From NCBI GenBank assembly GCA_973895155.1, contig OZ316893.1, positions 16,646,645 through 16,710,644 of the forward strand: DNA of 64,000 nt, given 5' to 3'. The translations under genes were made by a program, and so were the position numbers. Below, in pieces: positions 46,213-59,352 of this stretch. Source of the DNA: Marsupella aquatica (taxonomy: Eukaryota > Plantae > Marchantiophyta). How positions within the stretch are numbered: the stretch's first letter is position 1; each line of letters begins with the position of its first letter. Below the pieces are notes generated by a model, which saw only the letters and a list, made by a program, of their open reading frames with translations, was not told where the DNA came from and did no database searches.

Positions 46213-47049
46213 TTATCCAATCTCCCTGGCAAACTTAACCAGCCCCTTATCAACTACTTCCTTCAGATCCTGACATTCCCTCTTGTCATGATCCTTACTA
46301 TCGCACCACATGCATGGCCAACTCTGGGTCTCCCGTCTCATCTCTGGGACGCTTCCAACCTTAGGCTTCTCAGCCAAATGTGCAGTCAGGATTTTCAAAT
46401 TCTGCATCATTTTCGCAAGATCATCTATTACTGGCAACACTTCTTCCTTGGATAGTTCCCGTTTTGCCTTAGCCAACAACGGTTCAGGCACCTTCAGCTC
46501 AAGAGTCGTGGCTTCTCTGTCCAACTCTCGCCTCCAGTGCCGATTGCTCACTTTTGACACCGCCTTCTCCACTTGGTTCCAATCATTCGACAAGGTCACC
46601 CTAGTCGGTTCGAGCAATTCCATTGCATTTTCCAATTCTTCCCTGAGATCCTCATCAGTTGCTCTCAAGAATAGAGTGGAGCGCTCCATCTCAATTATCC
46701 CAACATCCCTCTTTGGTAATTGGGACACCTTACGCTTGAACTCCCTTAGCAACTGTTGCGGACCTTTTAGCTTCTTATTATGATCATTCACCCAATCAAG
46801 AAACGTGGCTTGAGTGACTCTATCTGCATCCTCAGCCTGGAACTCTTCCTTCATCCTGGAATCAAAATCATCCCAATTCTCAGCCGAGCCAATGATCAAC
46901 TTTACCATGGAGGTTAGCTCTGGCTCCACTAGAACTAGGAACTCCCTCATGGCTGTATCCTCACTGAACTTGTAGACAGCTGCTTCTGTCAGGTAACTCT
47001 TTAGGTAACTCGTTACGTTCCTCCCATCAAATTGCCCTTTTACTTTCAA
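46213..47049 (-). pseudogene. gag: Element Y gag N-terminal region
   Basis: FDGRNVTSYLKSY…WDDF and CMWCDSKDHDKREC knuckle, as in DUF4100-type gypsy gag. Confidence 0.75.
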
Positions 47050-47056
47050 AACCTCT

Positions 47057-50000
47057 TGTCATGTCATCAGCCTTGGCCTTAACTCGGGCTTCAGCTTTAA
47101 ACGGGCACCTCCTTCGTAAATATGAGGGTTCGGGCAGGGAGGGAAGAGCGTAATGCACCTAATTCACGTAAACTAGCGCTAAGTGCGCCTACTGTTAGAT
47201 ACAGACATCTCCTAGGTATGGTTTGTGTTCCGCCGCCGGAACGTATCTTAGTCGATAACAGGATCAACCCTGGCTTAAGGACTTCTAAGCCTTCGTGTTG
47301 TTCGCCTTCGATCCGGATTCTATGATACAGGTCCTCAACCCATGCTTGCAACCACATACCCGCAAGCTGCACCCCGTGCATGACTCGGGTAGTGCGTTCG
47401 GCCCGGCGTTGTCACCTATACACGAGATTCACACACACATACACGCGCACAAGCATACAATCTTGATTTACACGAAGGAAATAATGGGAAAGGATTTTAC
47501 TACATAGGGGACATGTGCGTACACTTGGTTGACCCGATAGCTCCGGAATGAACAGGTTCAAGGCCGAGAGAGTATACTACAACGGAGCCCGGCTCCGCAC
47601 TCGCCCGGCGAGCTTAGTCCTACCCCCTCCCCTTGGTACTCTTTCACTCCCAGAGGTCGGGACTCCCCGCACATACCACGGATGTCCAACTCTGAGACTA
47701 AAACCCCCCTACCTCTACCGAGGGGTGCGCTAAATACTAAGGGCCGAGGAACTGAGTGTCCTCCCGCCCGAAGATTCGCTGACTTAGGTCCTAACTAATC
47801 TGACTGTCAGGCCGAAAAACGGTTGTATCTTATTAGAAGATCCTAATCTACGCAGGCTGGACAGCATGGCAGTGCTGCTGTAACTAAGGCAGATGCCTGT
47901 CCCAATAGCCTGACTTAGCTACTCCTAACCCTATTCTATTCCTACTCTGCCGCTAATGCCTGGCACGCTTGCCAGAGCCGCCCGAGTGGGAGCGGCCATC
48001 CCACTGCTTACGAAGTCTGTCGTTGTCCGCCTTGAGGAGCTGGACCTGGTCCAGCAGAGATTCGTTCTCTCGCTTCGCTGTGTCTGTCTCCTCCGCTGCC
48101 TCCTGGCATGCCTCCTCCAGTTGTTGGGCATCGCTCGTCAGCTTGCCCGCCAGCTGGTCCTGCTTCTCGGCTTCGGTTTGGAGCCATGCCACTTCGGCCT
48201 GTAGCGTGGCTATCTCCGCAATGTCCCGCTGGGCCCGTTCTTCGGCCTCCTCCAGGTCCTTCTGCCAGATGACAGTTTGATTCTTCAAACTGTCAATCTG
48301 GTTCCGGAGTCGTGCAATCTCGGCCTCGTTCCCAGCTTTGGCCTGCTCGGCTAGGGCGGTAAAGGCGTGCGCCTTTGCTAACAAATCATCGGCGGCTGCA
48401 ACTTTGGGTCGTAGTTGCAGAAGCTCAGCCTCTTGAGCCGCAACTTCGTTCTCTAAGTATACGGACTCCACCCGGTACCGCTCTATCCTCTGAAGGGCCT
48501 CTGACTGGGCCCGACTTGCCTTTACTGCGGCAACTAACTCCTGATTGAAGAAACAAGCTACCTTCCGGGCCATGAACTCCCCGGTATCCCGGGCAATTTG
48601 ATGAGAGAAATCTCCCAGAAGCCCGTTCAGAAATGTACCTGGTACGAAGAGTTCCGGGTGGTCCAGGTTGTGCCTGTCCGGAGTTGGGCACGGGTAGACG
48701 TCAACACGCGCGGGGGCCGGGGCAGTGACATCCAGCCCTGGGGATGTAATGTTGGAAGGGGCTGGAGTGTCCTCCTACAACAATGTCCGGTTCTCCGGAA
48801 TAGCCACCGGTGGGTCTTTGGGAGACCCGGGCTCGAGTAAGACCTCCGCTGTACCGACTTCTGTACTTAGCCCGGCCTGTTGGATCGCATCTACGGTTGC
48901 GATTACCGACCTATCCGGTACCTCCTCGGTTACGACTACAGCTACTTGTGGGGGTGGGGTGGGTGAAGTTTGCGTGTCCACTGGACTTCGGGCCTCGGGT
49001 TGGGGCCGTCTCTCCAGGGCTGGGAAAACCCACCTAGCTGGGACCAGCTTTGTAACGTTGACACGAGGAAGGGTTCGTCGATCAAACCGAGCGTACCACT
49101 CAAGAATGATCTCGATGTGGCTAGCGAAGTACGCCTTCCCGCCAATGTACAACGTCTTCCTTTGCCGCTCCATCTCTTCATGGAATTTCTTAGCGAAGTA
49201 TGACGCCCACTTCCTAGGTCGATAGTTCTCGACCTGGATAACCTGGGCGGCAGAGATCTCCCCCCGGGGTTCCATCATGTGGAGGGCGTACCTTTGGAAC
49301 TCCAGTCGCTCAGCTATCTCGGGGATGAGGCAGGTCCTCATCACGAACCCGTTGTCCACTGATCCCTCTGAGGGAAAACTCGAGGATTGGTACTTGGCTC
49401 CCTTGCCCCCGGGAGCCCGTGATTTGACTCGATGGTCACCTTCGGGTAATCCAAAGATCATCTTGAGCCGTTCTTCCGTGAGGGACATATTCCTTCCCCG
49501 CAGCCGAGTATGTTGACGTGCATCATCATAATTCTTGATGAATTCTGTCATGTCCTCCCCGTAGTACCTGCAAGTGTTCCAGGGGAGAGAGGCGAGGTGC
49601 TTGAATCCCCGAGTCTTCAGGTACACCGCATGCTTGGGATGGAGGATGTTCTTATGCACGTTTTCCCCCATGCGGTGCATTGTTACCTTGGCCACGGCTA
49701 CCGTGGCCAAGGGTAACCCGGATGTAGTGGTGGGTTCCTTCCTCTTCTTCCCCCGTGACTGGCTCGGGGAGGGTGACACCTCCCCATCCTCTCGATCGGG
49801 CATAGGTAGTGCTACCGCCGTTAGTATTGGTCCCGGGGTGGCCACGGTCACCGTGTTGTCTGCTGGAGCCGCTCCTTGGGTCCGAGCATGGGGAGGAGAC
49901 GATGTAGTGTCGGCCCCCTGAGTGTTTGCTCCTCTGGGCCGCCTGAGCAAGGGTGGGGTAGCCTCGTCATCATCGCTAAGATCCACAGCGTTGATGACAA

Positions 50001-51071
50001 AGCGTACTTGTACTGCTGGCGGGGCGATCAGCGGTGGGGGTTGGCTAGGCTGAGACTGAGTCTAAGACTGAAGCTGAGCCTGAGCCTGAGTCTGCGTTGG
50101 TGCGGGTACGGGTATGGGGTCGACTGGGTCGGCGCCGGCGGTTGCGGGTCTAGTTCCCATGAAGCTCTGCAGGTGCTGGTAGAAGTTCTCCGAAGCAAGT
50201 GCAGATGACCTTGTCGAACGGGTAGTGCTGGACTCACTGTTGATGATAGCCCGAACCTGAGCATGGATGTGGTCAAAGTGATGTCGTTGCAAGTCGATCG
50301 TACCCGGGATATTGAAGACCTCGTCCGGAAGCCAAAGCAATGCTTCCCAGAAACCGATAAATTTGTCTCCATTGAAGAAGTACCCAGATACCTCTGCTGG
50401 TCGGTAAAGCTCGCTCTAAGATGGGTAGTCAAAGTTAAGGATGCAGTGGTGTCGTCCTGCTAGGCGGATGGCTCTCTCGTACTCGCGTTTGATTTCATAT
50501 CGGCGCGGGTTGGCGTGTTTCAATGAGTCGGCCAAGTGTCTTCTGGTAGATAGGAACTGCGTCCAGAATCAAATGGCCGAACTGGAGAGGATCTTGTGCG
50601 ACATTCAGAGGAGATAGTAGTGGCGACTTAGAGCGAACGAGAGAGCTGGGGTCGAAGCTGGCGCGTGGACTGATGGACTGGTGCACTCCAAAGGGTCGGC
50701 TCCCTTTTTATACCTTGAGGGCTTGTCGATCCCCCGACATCTCCTCGTTGCCTATAGGCTGAACCGTTCATGCTTGTAGTGTACCGGCCACTCCGCCGGT
50801 CTGAGTCACCACGTGTCAGTGGACGCCTCCCGAAGTTTGTTATACGGACCCGAGGGAGGGGCCCCTCCACGCTCGTAACCCAGGCGTGCGAATGGCGATG
50901 CGCCGCCAGCCCGAACATGAATTCCCCTTATTGACTAATGATTTCCTACTCATAATGGCTACCTAAATACTATTGTTATGCTAATCATAGCGGCCTAAGA
51001 TACCCCTAACGCGCGTGCTAGGCACGGTTTAGACCAAATTACTCATTACTCGCCGTACCGGCGGCGTCACA
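47057..51071 (-). repeat. 3' LTR of element B (4015 bp)
   Basis: TGTCATGTC…CGTCACA, followed by the same PPT-like tagctccc sequence as in A. Confidence 0.88.
47953..50604 (-). pseudogene. Family B LTR-encoded protein (about 880 codons, several premature stops)
   Basis: ORFs 50062..50340, 48775..49986 and 47953..48573 plus an ATG at 50604 share one frame. Domain LASLPW…TEFIKNY…LRGRNMSLT…IFGLP is homologous to family A, followed by a coiled coil. Confidence 0.8.
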
Positions 51072-54000
51072 TAGCTCCCTGCTTAATTGTGAAGCGTCGT
51101 CACGAACATCACTCTCGGCGTCATCGTCTTGATGGTGGTACTTCTTTACACGATCGTAACTAACTCGCGTGGGGAGTAAATCGCCGGCGTACGTCGCAAG
51201 CTCCAAAGATCCGTTAGGGTAGATCTGATTGACTAGGAAGGGCCCTAACCAACGGGTATGAAGCTTCCCTGGAAACTGCATGTACCTACTGTCGTACAGA
51301 AGGACTAGATCACCTGTCATGACGTTGACCTTCCGTAGTCCTTTGTCGTGCTATTTCTTGGAAGTTGCCTGCTTCATTACGGCATGTCGAGCTGCTAGTA
51401 GCCGTGCCTCTTCCAAGGCTTCAATCTGATAAGCTCGGTCTGATGAACTTTCAGATTCAGGTAAGCGATCCCGAATGCTGACCCGTGGAGTGTGTACTTC
51501 AAACTCGACGGGCACCAACGAATGTTAGCCAAACACGAGAAAGTACGGGCTGTGACTCGTAGTAGTTTTGTAAGCTAGATTATACGAGTACACCGCTGCG
51601 TACAACTTATCATCCCAATCCGTTTTGTGCGCAGCTATAGTTTTGTTGAGGATCTTCCCAATGATACCATTTGCTCTCTCTGTCATCCCATTGGCTTTAG
51701 GATGATACGGGGTAGTCTTGCGGTGCTTGACTAGGTAACACTCCGTAAGCTGGGCTACAGTGTCATTGAGGAAGTGTGTTCCACGGTCGCTTACCAACTC
51801 TAAGGGTGGTCCGAACCGGGTGAAAATCTGTTCATATAAGAACCTGGCGCTGGTTGCGACGTCGTCCTTCACCGTAGCCCGTGCTTCGACCCACTTGGTG
51901 GAGTAATCAATAGCTAGCAGGATGTACCTGCATCTTCGTTTTTGGGTAACGGGAGTAAATGGCCCGATATAATCAATACCCCACTTTTTGAACGGTGCTA
52001 ATGGAAGCACGGACGTGAGAGGGTGATGATGAGCTCGTCTCGGGGCCCCAGCCCGCTGACACAGGTCACAGCCCTTGATGAAGCGTTGTACATCCCGATG
52101 CAACGTAGGCCACCAATACCCGGAGTCCAGAATCTTTCGGGCTGTTCTGATAGCCGCGAAATGGCCTCCAGCTTCTTCTTCATGCAAGGCCCGCATCACG
52201 ATAAGCGTCTCCTTATACTCCAAGCAGCGTCGTAACTTCCCATTAACTCCTTCCTTATGTAGGTGACCCTGTACCATGATGTAAGGCCCGACTTTCCATA
52301 GAAACACAGTGGCAACTTCTTGATTGATGCCGTCAGGGATGCGGCCTGTTAAGAGGAAGGTGATTATTGAGCCGTACCACGTTGGCGTCCCCGCCCCTAC
52401 GTGGAACAACTCCTCATCCGGAAAAATATCATCAATTGGCTGATCGACTGGTACGCCGTCCAGCCTTGAAAAGAAGTCAGCATTGAGGTGTGCCTTTTCG
52501 GGCCGAACCCGAACTTCGTTGTTAAATTCCTGGAGAAGTAGCACCCACCGAGCTATCCGTCCCGTCACATCCGCTTTGTTGACCATGTACTTCAGGCTAT
52601 CATGATCCGTGTGGAATATGACCTTGTAGCCTAGCAGATAGTGTCGGAACTTTTTACACGAGTAGATTATTCCCAGAGCTTCTCGATCAGTGGGGGAATA
52701 ATTCTTTTCGGCTGTGAATAATTGACGGCTAGCGAAGTAGATGGGGTGGTCGCGTCCGTTCTCATCAAGCTGACTTAGCACGGATCCAATACAGAACCCT
52801 GACACATCGACATACACGTGGAACTCCTTATTCCGGTTCGGAGTGACCATGATAGGTGCGGTGGTGAGTCTTTTACGTAGTTCTTTGAAAGCAATCCGTC
52901 TCCTGGGTGTCTCCTCGATCACCGCGTCCTTTTTCATCATCTCAGTCAAGGGCAACGCTATTTTAGCAAAGTCTTTAATAAACCGACGGTAATACCCTAC
53001 ACAGCCCAAGAAGGATCATATCGCTTTTTGATCTACGGGAAACACCACCGCCATCCAGGCCGCGACCTTCTCTTGGTCCACCTCGATACCCCGTTTGGAC
53101 ACACGATGCCCGAGTAACACTCCCTCCTCTACCCCAAAAAACATTTAGCGGGATGTAGTTTGAGGTTAACCTCTCAGCATCGTTGGAACGTACGTCTTAG
53201 GTGTTTGGGGTGCATGGCGACAGTTCCAAAGATGGCGAAGTCGTCGATAAATATCTCCAGAAATTCCCGTAGGAAACCATGGAAGATATTCATCATGAGT
53301 TGCTGAAACATGGCCGGAGCGTTACACAATCCGAATGGCATTCTCCGAAATGCGAAAGTCCCCTATTCCGTAGTGAACGTTGTTTTGAGCTGATCCGAGA
53401 GGCGAATCCAGATTTGGTTATAACCCGAATACCCGTCAAGGAATGTATAAATTTCATTTCCCGGGCTACCATATCTAGAACCATATCCGTGAATGGTAAC
53501 GGGTAATGGTCTTTTTGGGTCGCGTCGTTCAGGTACGATAGTCCTGACAAATCCGGATCTTAGGTTTTCCATCCGTTCCTCCCTTTTTTGGTACAATGAC
53601 GATGGGAGAGACCCAATCGCTGGCCATTACCGGGTAGATGATATCTGCGGCGAGGAGATGATCAATTTCCTCCTTCACTAAGATGGAGTACCTTGGGTTC
53701 ATGCGACGTTGTCGCTGCCGTACTGCATGGGCCCCCAAATTCAAATCGATCGTGTGTTCTCCTAACTCAGGGGAGACTCCTGTTAAATCGTGATGGCTCC
53801 ATGCAAACACATCTTCATATTCCTTGAGCAGAGCTTGGATAGATTTTTCCGCCTCCCCCGTCAGAGCGTGGCCTAGGTTAAACGATTTATCCATCCCAAT
53901 GGTGTACTTCCGGTAGTGCTCCTTCCTGATGACTTCAACCTGGTTCCGCAAGCTCGGGTCCAAGCTCGCATCAAGTTCAGCTAACCGAACTCCTCCGTAC

Positions 54001-54356
54001 GTGGGTGGAACCGGGATTGGTCTCGGGATTGGAGTTACTTCCTCCAATAGTGGGATGGACGGATCCTAGGAGACTCGTTTCTTATGTCTCGATCTCGGGT
54101 TTTCTGCCTCGGCCGGTTGTTTGGCTGGTTCGTGGTCATGAGGCTCTGCACTGGTAGAAGCAGCATCGGCTCCCTGCTTAGCTGGAGCCGGGTCCTCCGT
54201 ATCGATGAGTCGTTTTTGCATCTCCTCATCCCGGGCAGTAGAGGTGCTTGGGGTGGGCTCAATAGCAGCCTTCGGGTAATTCAGGAGATGTGTTTCGCGG
54301 GTTGCCTCAACTCCGAAGACATCTTCCTCGGATAGGGACGAGATGAGTTCAATCAT
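51039..54356 (-). pseudogene. pol: Element B pol (RT-RH-INT), degenerate
   Basis: WVSPIVIVPKK, FLDGYSGYNQI, YVDVS, TDH, WGIDYIG, VSDRG, WLGPF. Multiple stops and frameshifts. Confidence 0.92.
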
Positions 54357-54404
54357 GTTGAGTTCCTCTTCCTCCGAGGTCTCCGAATCATATTCCTCAG
54401 GTCC

Positions 54405-57040
54405 CTATGGGGTTTCGCCCTGATAATTGTCCATTGCCCATGATACCCGTACTGTGGGTGTCCCAAACCATAGCTCCTTCTTTCCCCAATCTGTGACCAC
54501 ACGGCCACCGTACAGCCACAGCCTACCTAGGAGGACCAGATAAGAGGAGGGCCGAACCGGCCTCATGACTAGGAAGTTGAGATAGAACTCCACCCCTCCT
54601 ACCAGAGTGAGTACCCGTGTAAGCGTGCCCAATGGAAGTACCCTTGCCCCGTTTGCTAATCTGATAGCTCGGGCTATGGGTTGATACGTGAGGTATCCTA
54701 ACTTGACTGACGTTTCTTCCGTCATGATGTTGACTCCCGCTCCTCCGTCTACGAGAACCATCTTGATGGTACAATTATTAATTTCAATCGAGATGTCCGG
54801 CGCTCCCAGGTCCTCACATATCATGTTGCAATCCGCGGTCCCAACTCGGGGTAGTCATCTCCGTCGTCGACCCGTAAGCAACTCCCTCAGTTTTTGTCTG
54901 TACTGTGGATTGTTTTGCAGCAGTTGTCCTACCGTTGCTGTAACCGGGCAACTCTTCACGTCTTCCTTAATATCATAGTCCTCCTTCTTTTCTTCCTTCG
55001 GCTGCTGCTTGGCTTCCTCTTGCTTATCTTGCTTTTCTTGCTCCTGTCGCCGGGCTGTCTCGGCTGCTTTGATGTCCTTATCAATTGCCTTTTGGTATTC
55101 CCGAGCTTCGTAGGCCTCCAGCTGTTTCTTTACCAATTCTTCGATGCGGGGGAAAAATAGCTTCGGGTCGTCCCGTCGGTAGTCATCGTCCTTCTTCGGG
55201 GGTATATCTATCGCTGGCTGCACCGGAGTAGTATCTTGCTTTTTCCTGCGTTTCTCCTCCTGCTTCTCTTCCTTCCGTTTGGCTCTTGTTGACACACGAT
55301 AGCACTCAGCCTCGTCAGATGGATTAGGGTGTTCCGCCATGTCCACCAGATTCATCCACTCGGTGTTGTCATCTTGCCATTCCACCGCAATCATTTGGAC
55401 GACCGCATCACTCGTGGCCGGTCCGCCCTGGGCTGGTCTTGCTGCATTTGTTCGAGCGGCCATTACCAATGGACAGTTGGCCGTGGAATGAGCTTACGTT
55501 TTGCAGACTTGACAAAGTGGCGTGCCACGGCCATCCCCCTGGCGTCTTGGTTCTGTGCATTCCCTCGCAAAATGGCCTGGCTTCTCACAGTTGTAACAAA
55601 CCGGGGATCGCCAAATCCCTGGTTTAGGAGGAATGCTAGGGTTACTGATAACTTGGAAGCCTCGGCCATTGTTTGGGTAGGGGTATGCAGTTCTACCTGC
55701 TAAGTTACACGGACCCACCGTTGAAATCTGATACACCGAATCAGGAGGGTCTTCAAAGAAATACTCCGTGGACTCCCCTTCAGGTCCCGGGTTGTCGACA
55801 TCATCTAAGTCCACCTGGTGAACTCGGTACTTCCATCTTGGGCATTCTTGCACGACATGCCCGGATTGGAAGCACTTTGAACACCACGCATGGACTCGAA
55901 TCTCAGATGGTTTCTTCTTCTCCACCGGCTTTTCCGCGAGATGTACTGATAGTGCTTTGAGGCGATCCGTGATTTCATTAAGCTTGTCTGCTTCGGCAGC
56001 CTTTGGATCGGGTATCGCTCCGCGAGTACGAGATTTGATTTTCCCCTCCTTCTTAACCCGCCTTTTCTTCTTCTTGCTCCGACTCTCACTCTCCGAATCA
56101 CTTCCTGATGAGCTGGAGGTGGAGGACCCGCTGTTCGAAGTTGAATCCGAACTAGATTTAGTCTCCGAACTGGACGAGGTCGAACGATGTTTCTTCTTCT
56201 TCTTGCGTTTCTTCTTCTTCTCGTCGTCTGATTCGGAGTCACTATCACTGAAGGTCTCGTACTTGCCCTTCTTGCGGCGTGCCCGCTGGCTTTGCCGGGA
56301 GTTATAGGTGGACTCCCGGTAGGTTTCGGCGCACGCTATGGCTGCTTGCATTGAAATTGGATTATTCTGGCGCACCCAGAATTGCATATTCGTGGGCAAA
56401 CCATGGAGGAACCATGTAAGCTGGAGTGCGTCACCAGGCCTGGGCCATATTTTGGCAGCAAGTTTCTAAAACTTCTGAATGAACTTTCGTAGGGACTCTT
56501 TTTTCCCATGCGAAGCTGGCCGATCTTTAATAGAGAGCGTTGCTCGGATCCAATAGCACAAAATTCTTGCAACAACGCAGCTTGGAATTGTGCCCAGGTA
56601 GTCCCGGGTGGTAGCGAGTTGTACCATGGACGAGCTTCTCCCCGCATCACTCCGGGGAGGACGGTTAACTTAATGGCGTCTTCCCCGTTAGCCTTAGCAG
56701 TGGCTTCAAACTCATCCAACCATTCATCCGGATCATCCCCATGACGCCCTTTGAAAGGTCGATAATGAAACCACGATCGTTGCGATATTTGTGGAGGAGC
56801 TTGGGTAGCGCGGGCCATCGGTGGGGCGACTGCCATAGGTGGTGGCGGTGGTGGCGGTGGTGGCACAGGAACCGCAGTAGGACCGGTCGAACCGGACCCC
56901 GAAGGTCCCGGTGGTATGTTCATTCGTCGGGGCGATTGCGAGTCCTCCGAGCCCGAAGAATCGGAGCTTGTTGTGGTCGCACCTTCTCGTTCACTGGTCA
57001 ATCTCCTCAAGTAAGCTGCTTGAGAACGAGTGACAGGCAT
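54405..57040 (-). pseudogene. gag: Element B gag-protease, degenerate
   Basis: FKGRHGDDPDEWLDEFE, CSKCFQSGHVVQEC, CYNCEKPGHFAREC, LVDGGAG. In-frame stops and one frameshift near 56490. Confidence 0.92.
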
Positions 57041-57133
57041 TTACTCGTGTAAATGCGATGGTTAGTACTAGGGCCTGGTGTATTCTGCCCAGGCGAATAT
57101 GCACATGTCTCCCCTCTACGATATGTAGAGTGC

Positions 57134-57151
57134 CCCCTCCATCTAGCGCCA
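57134..57151 (-). promoter_or_regulatory. PBS of element B (same as A)
   Basis: TGGCGCTAGATGGAGGGG, 12 nt from the LTR end at 57164. Confidence 0.85.
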
Positions 57152-57163
57152 AAACAAAGGCTA

Positions 57164-58237
57164 TGTCACGTCATCAGCCTTGGCCTTAACTCGGGCTTCA
57201 ACTTTAAACGGGCGCCTCCATCGTAAATATGAGGGTTCGGGCAGGGAGGGAAGAGCGTAATGCACCTAATTCATGTAAACTAGCACTAAGTGCGCCTACT
57301 ATTAGATACAGACATCTCCTAGGTATGGTTTGTGTTCCGCCGCCGGAACGTACCTTAGTCAATAACAGGATCGACCCCGGCTTAAGGACTTCTAAGCCTT
57401 CGTGTTGTCCACCTTTGATCCGGATTCTATGATACAGGTCCTCAACCCGTGCTCGCAACCACATACCCGCAAGCTGCATCCCGTGCACGACTCGGGTAGT
57501 GCGTTCGGCCTGGCGTTGTCACCTATACACAAGATTCACACACACATACACGCGCACAAGCATACAATCTCGATTTACACGAAGGAAATAATGGGAAAGG
57601 ATTTTACTACATAGGGGACATGTGCGTACACTTGGTTGACCCGATAGCTCCGGAATGAACAGGTTCAAGGCCGAGAGAGTATACTACAATGGAGCCCGGC
57701 TCCGCACTTGCCCGACGAGCTTAGTCCTACCCCCTCCCCTTGGTACTCTTTCACTCCCACGGGTCGGGACTCCCCGCACATACCACGGATGTCCAACTCT
57801 GAGACTAAAACCCCCTGCCTCTACCGAGGGGTGCGCTAAATACTAAGGGCCGAGGAACGGAGTGTCCTCCCGCCCGAAGATTCGCTGACTTAGGTCCTAA
57901 CTAATCTGACTGTCAGGCCCAAAATGGCTGTGTCTTATTAGAAGATCCTAATCTACGTAGGCTGGACAGCATGGCAGTGCTGCTGTAACTAAGGCAGGTG
58001 CCTATCCCAATAGCCTGACTTAGCTACTCCTAACCCTATTCTATTCCTACTCCGCCGCTAATGCCTGGCACGCTTGCCAGAGCCGCCCGAGTGGGAGCGG
58101 CCATCTCGCTGCTTACGAAGTCTGTCGTTGTCCGCCTTGAGGAGTTGGACCTGGTCCAACAGAGATTCGTTCTCTCCCTTCGCCGTGTCTGTCTCCTCCG
58201 CTGCCTCCTGGCATGCCTCCTCCAGCTGCTGGGCGTC
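57164..58237 (-). repeat. Partial 5' LTR of element B
   Basis: Matches 47057-~48132, then similarity stops abruptly at TGTTAAACG. Confidence 0.9.
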
Positions 58238-58954
58238 TGTTAAACGCCAACTTCGACCTTGCGATTAATGGCCGTTTTACTACCTTCTCCTCAGTAATCT
58301 CGTTTAAATGATTAACCGACCTTCGAGAGGCGGCACTCCTTCTATCTCGACACAGTCCCCGTAAGTGAATCCGACCAAGTGCTCTTGAATGTCGAGTTCC
58401 GTCTTCCACTTCTTAGGTACTTCAGCCTCGACCAACACTAACCCCTCTCTATACACAATCTCAATGAACCCACACCACTTGCGGTAAGTGATCAAGCAAA
58501 TCGGAATGTTCTCGTATAGTGACTGACGGGAAATAAGATGGGTGCCGATAGAACAGATCCACAGTTCCAGTGATCTTAAGGTAATCAAGGAGCAAGACTT
58601 GTCGTCGCTGCTGTCTGCGTTCATGGTTTTTAGTAGCCGTGACCTGATTAAGTCTAGCTGTCCTTTGAATCAGCCTGCCTGGCAATTGATTTCCGGATTG
58701 TGTGGGTGACTATGATAGGGTTACCCTAAGCAAGTACCCCAGTATCACGTTTACCCTTGTATGATGGAGGTGTATGACGACCAGTGTATCGCCTTCAAAA
58801 CACACTATCTCCAACCAGACACCGCTTCTCACTAGCTGTCTGTTCAACCTATACCTTGAGGCACTGGCCCGTAAGGTTCTGGTTCGCAATGAGACGATAT
58901 TCATTCATCGTTGCGATTAACGAGTAACGACTTGCTGTATAAGGCAAATTCCTT

Positions 58955-58976
58955 CTCTCTCTCTCTCTCTCTCTCT
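58955..58976. repeat. (CT)11 microsatellite in the element C LTR
   Basis: Read directly. On the - strand it follows a TATAAA at about 59044-59049. Confidence 0.9.
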
Positions 58977-59352
58977 GATTCGACGTTCTCCTTCACTGCT
59001 CAAGTGCGGACTTCACTCTGTTGCATTCATTCCAAACTCTCTCTTTATACTCAAAGACTACTCAACTGAGTAGGGACACTATTACAAAATTGCTCGCATT
59101 CCTAAGGTGAGCGGAGCCCTACCTTGCCCCAGACTTCTAGCAAAAAGTGACAGAGCGCCTAGCGCTCCACAGCCTCTAAATACCTATGCCTCGTGTTCGT
59201 CTCTGCCAGAGGCCTCTACTACTTCTTGGGGTGCGCCGATTACAGTTGGACGACTCGCGCCTCCTCTTTGATCTCCTTCGCTCGTTCATCAAGAACGCTA
59301 ACTAATGCCTACCAGAACGATGAGTGGAAGCCAAGAACTGCTGATTACTATG

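Larger units (their letters stand above)
10560..47056 (-). mobile_element. Fragmented Ty3/gypsy element Y (DUF4100/Ylt1-like), host of several nested insertions
   Basis: gag, PR, RT, RH and INT are collinear on the - strand across inserts. The RH motif VVTVDASPFAA|GWAIGQ is rejoined across TSD AGCCG, and gag across TSD CCTCT. Confidence 0.85.
47057..58237 (-). mobile_element. Ty3/gypsy element B (relative of A); 5' LTR interrupted by element C
   Basis: LTR 47057-51071 repeated from 57164. Same PBS and pol/LTR junction as A. Left flank CCTCT; right TSD is outside the window. Confidence 0.92.
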
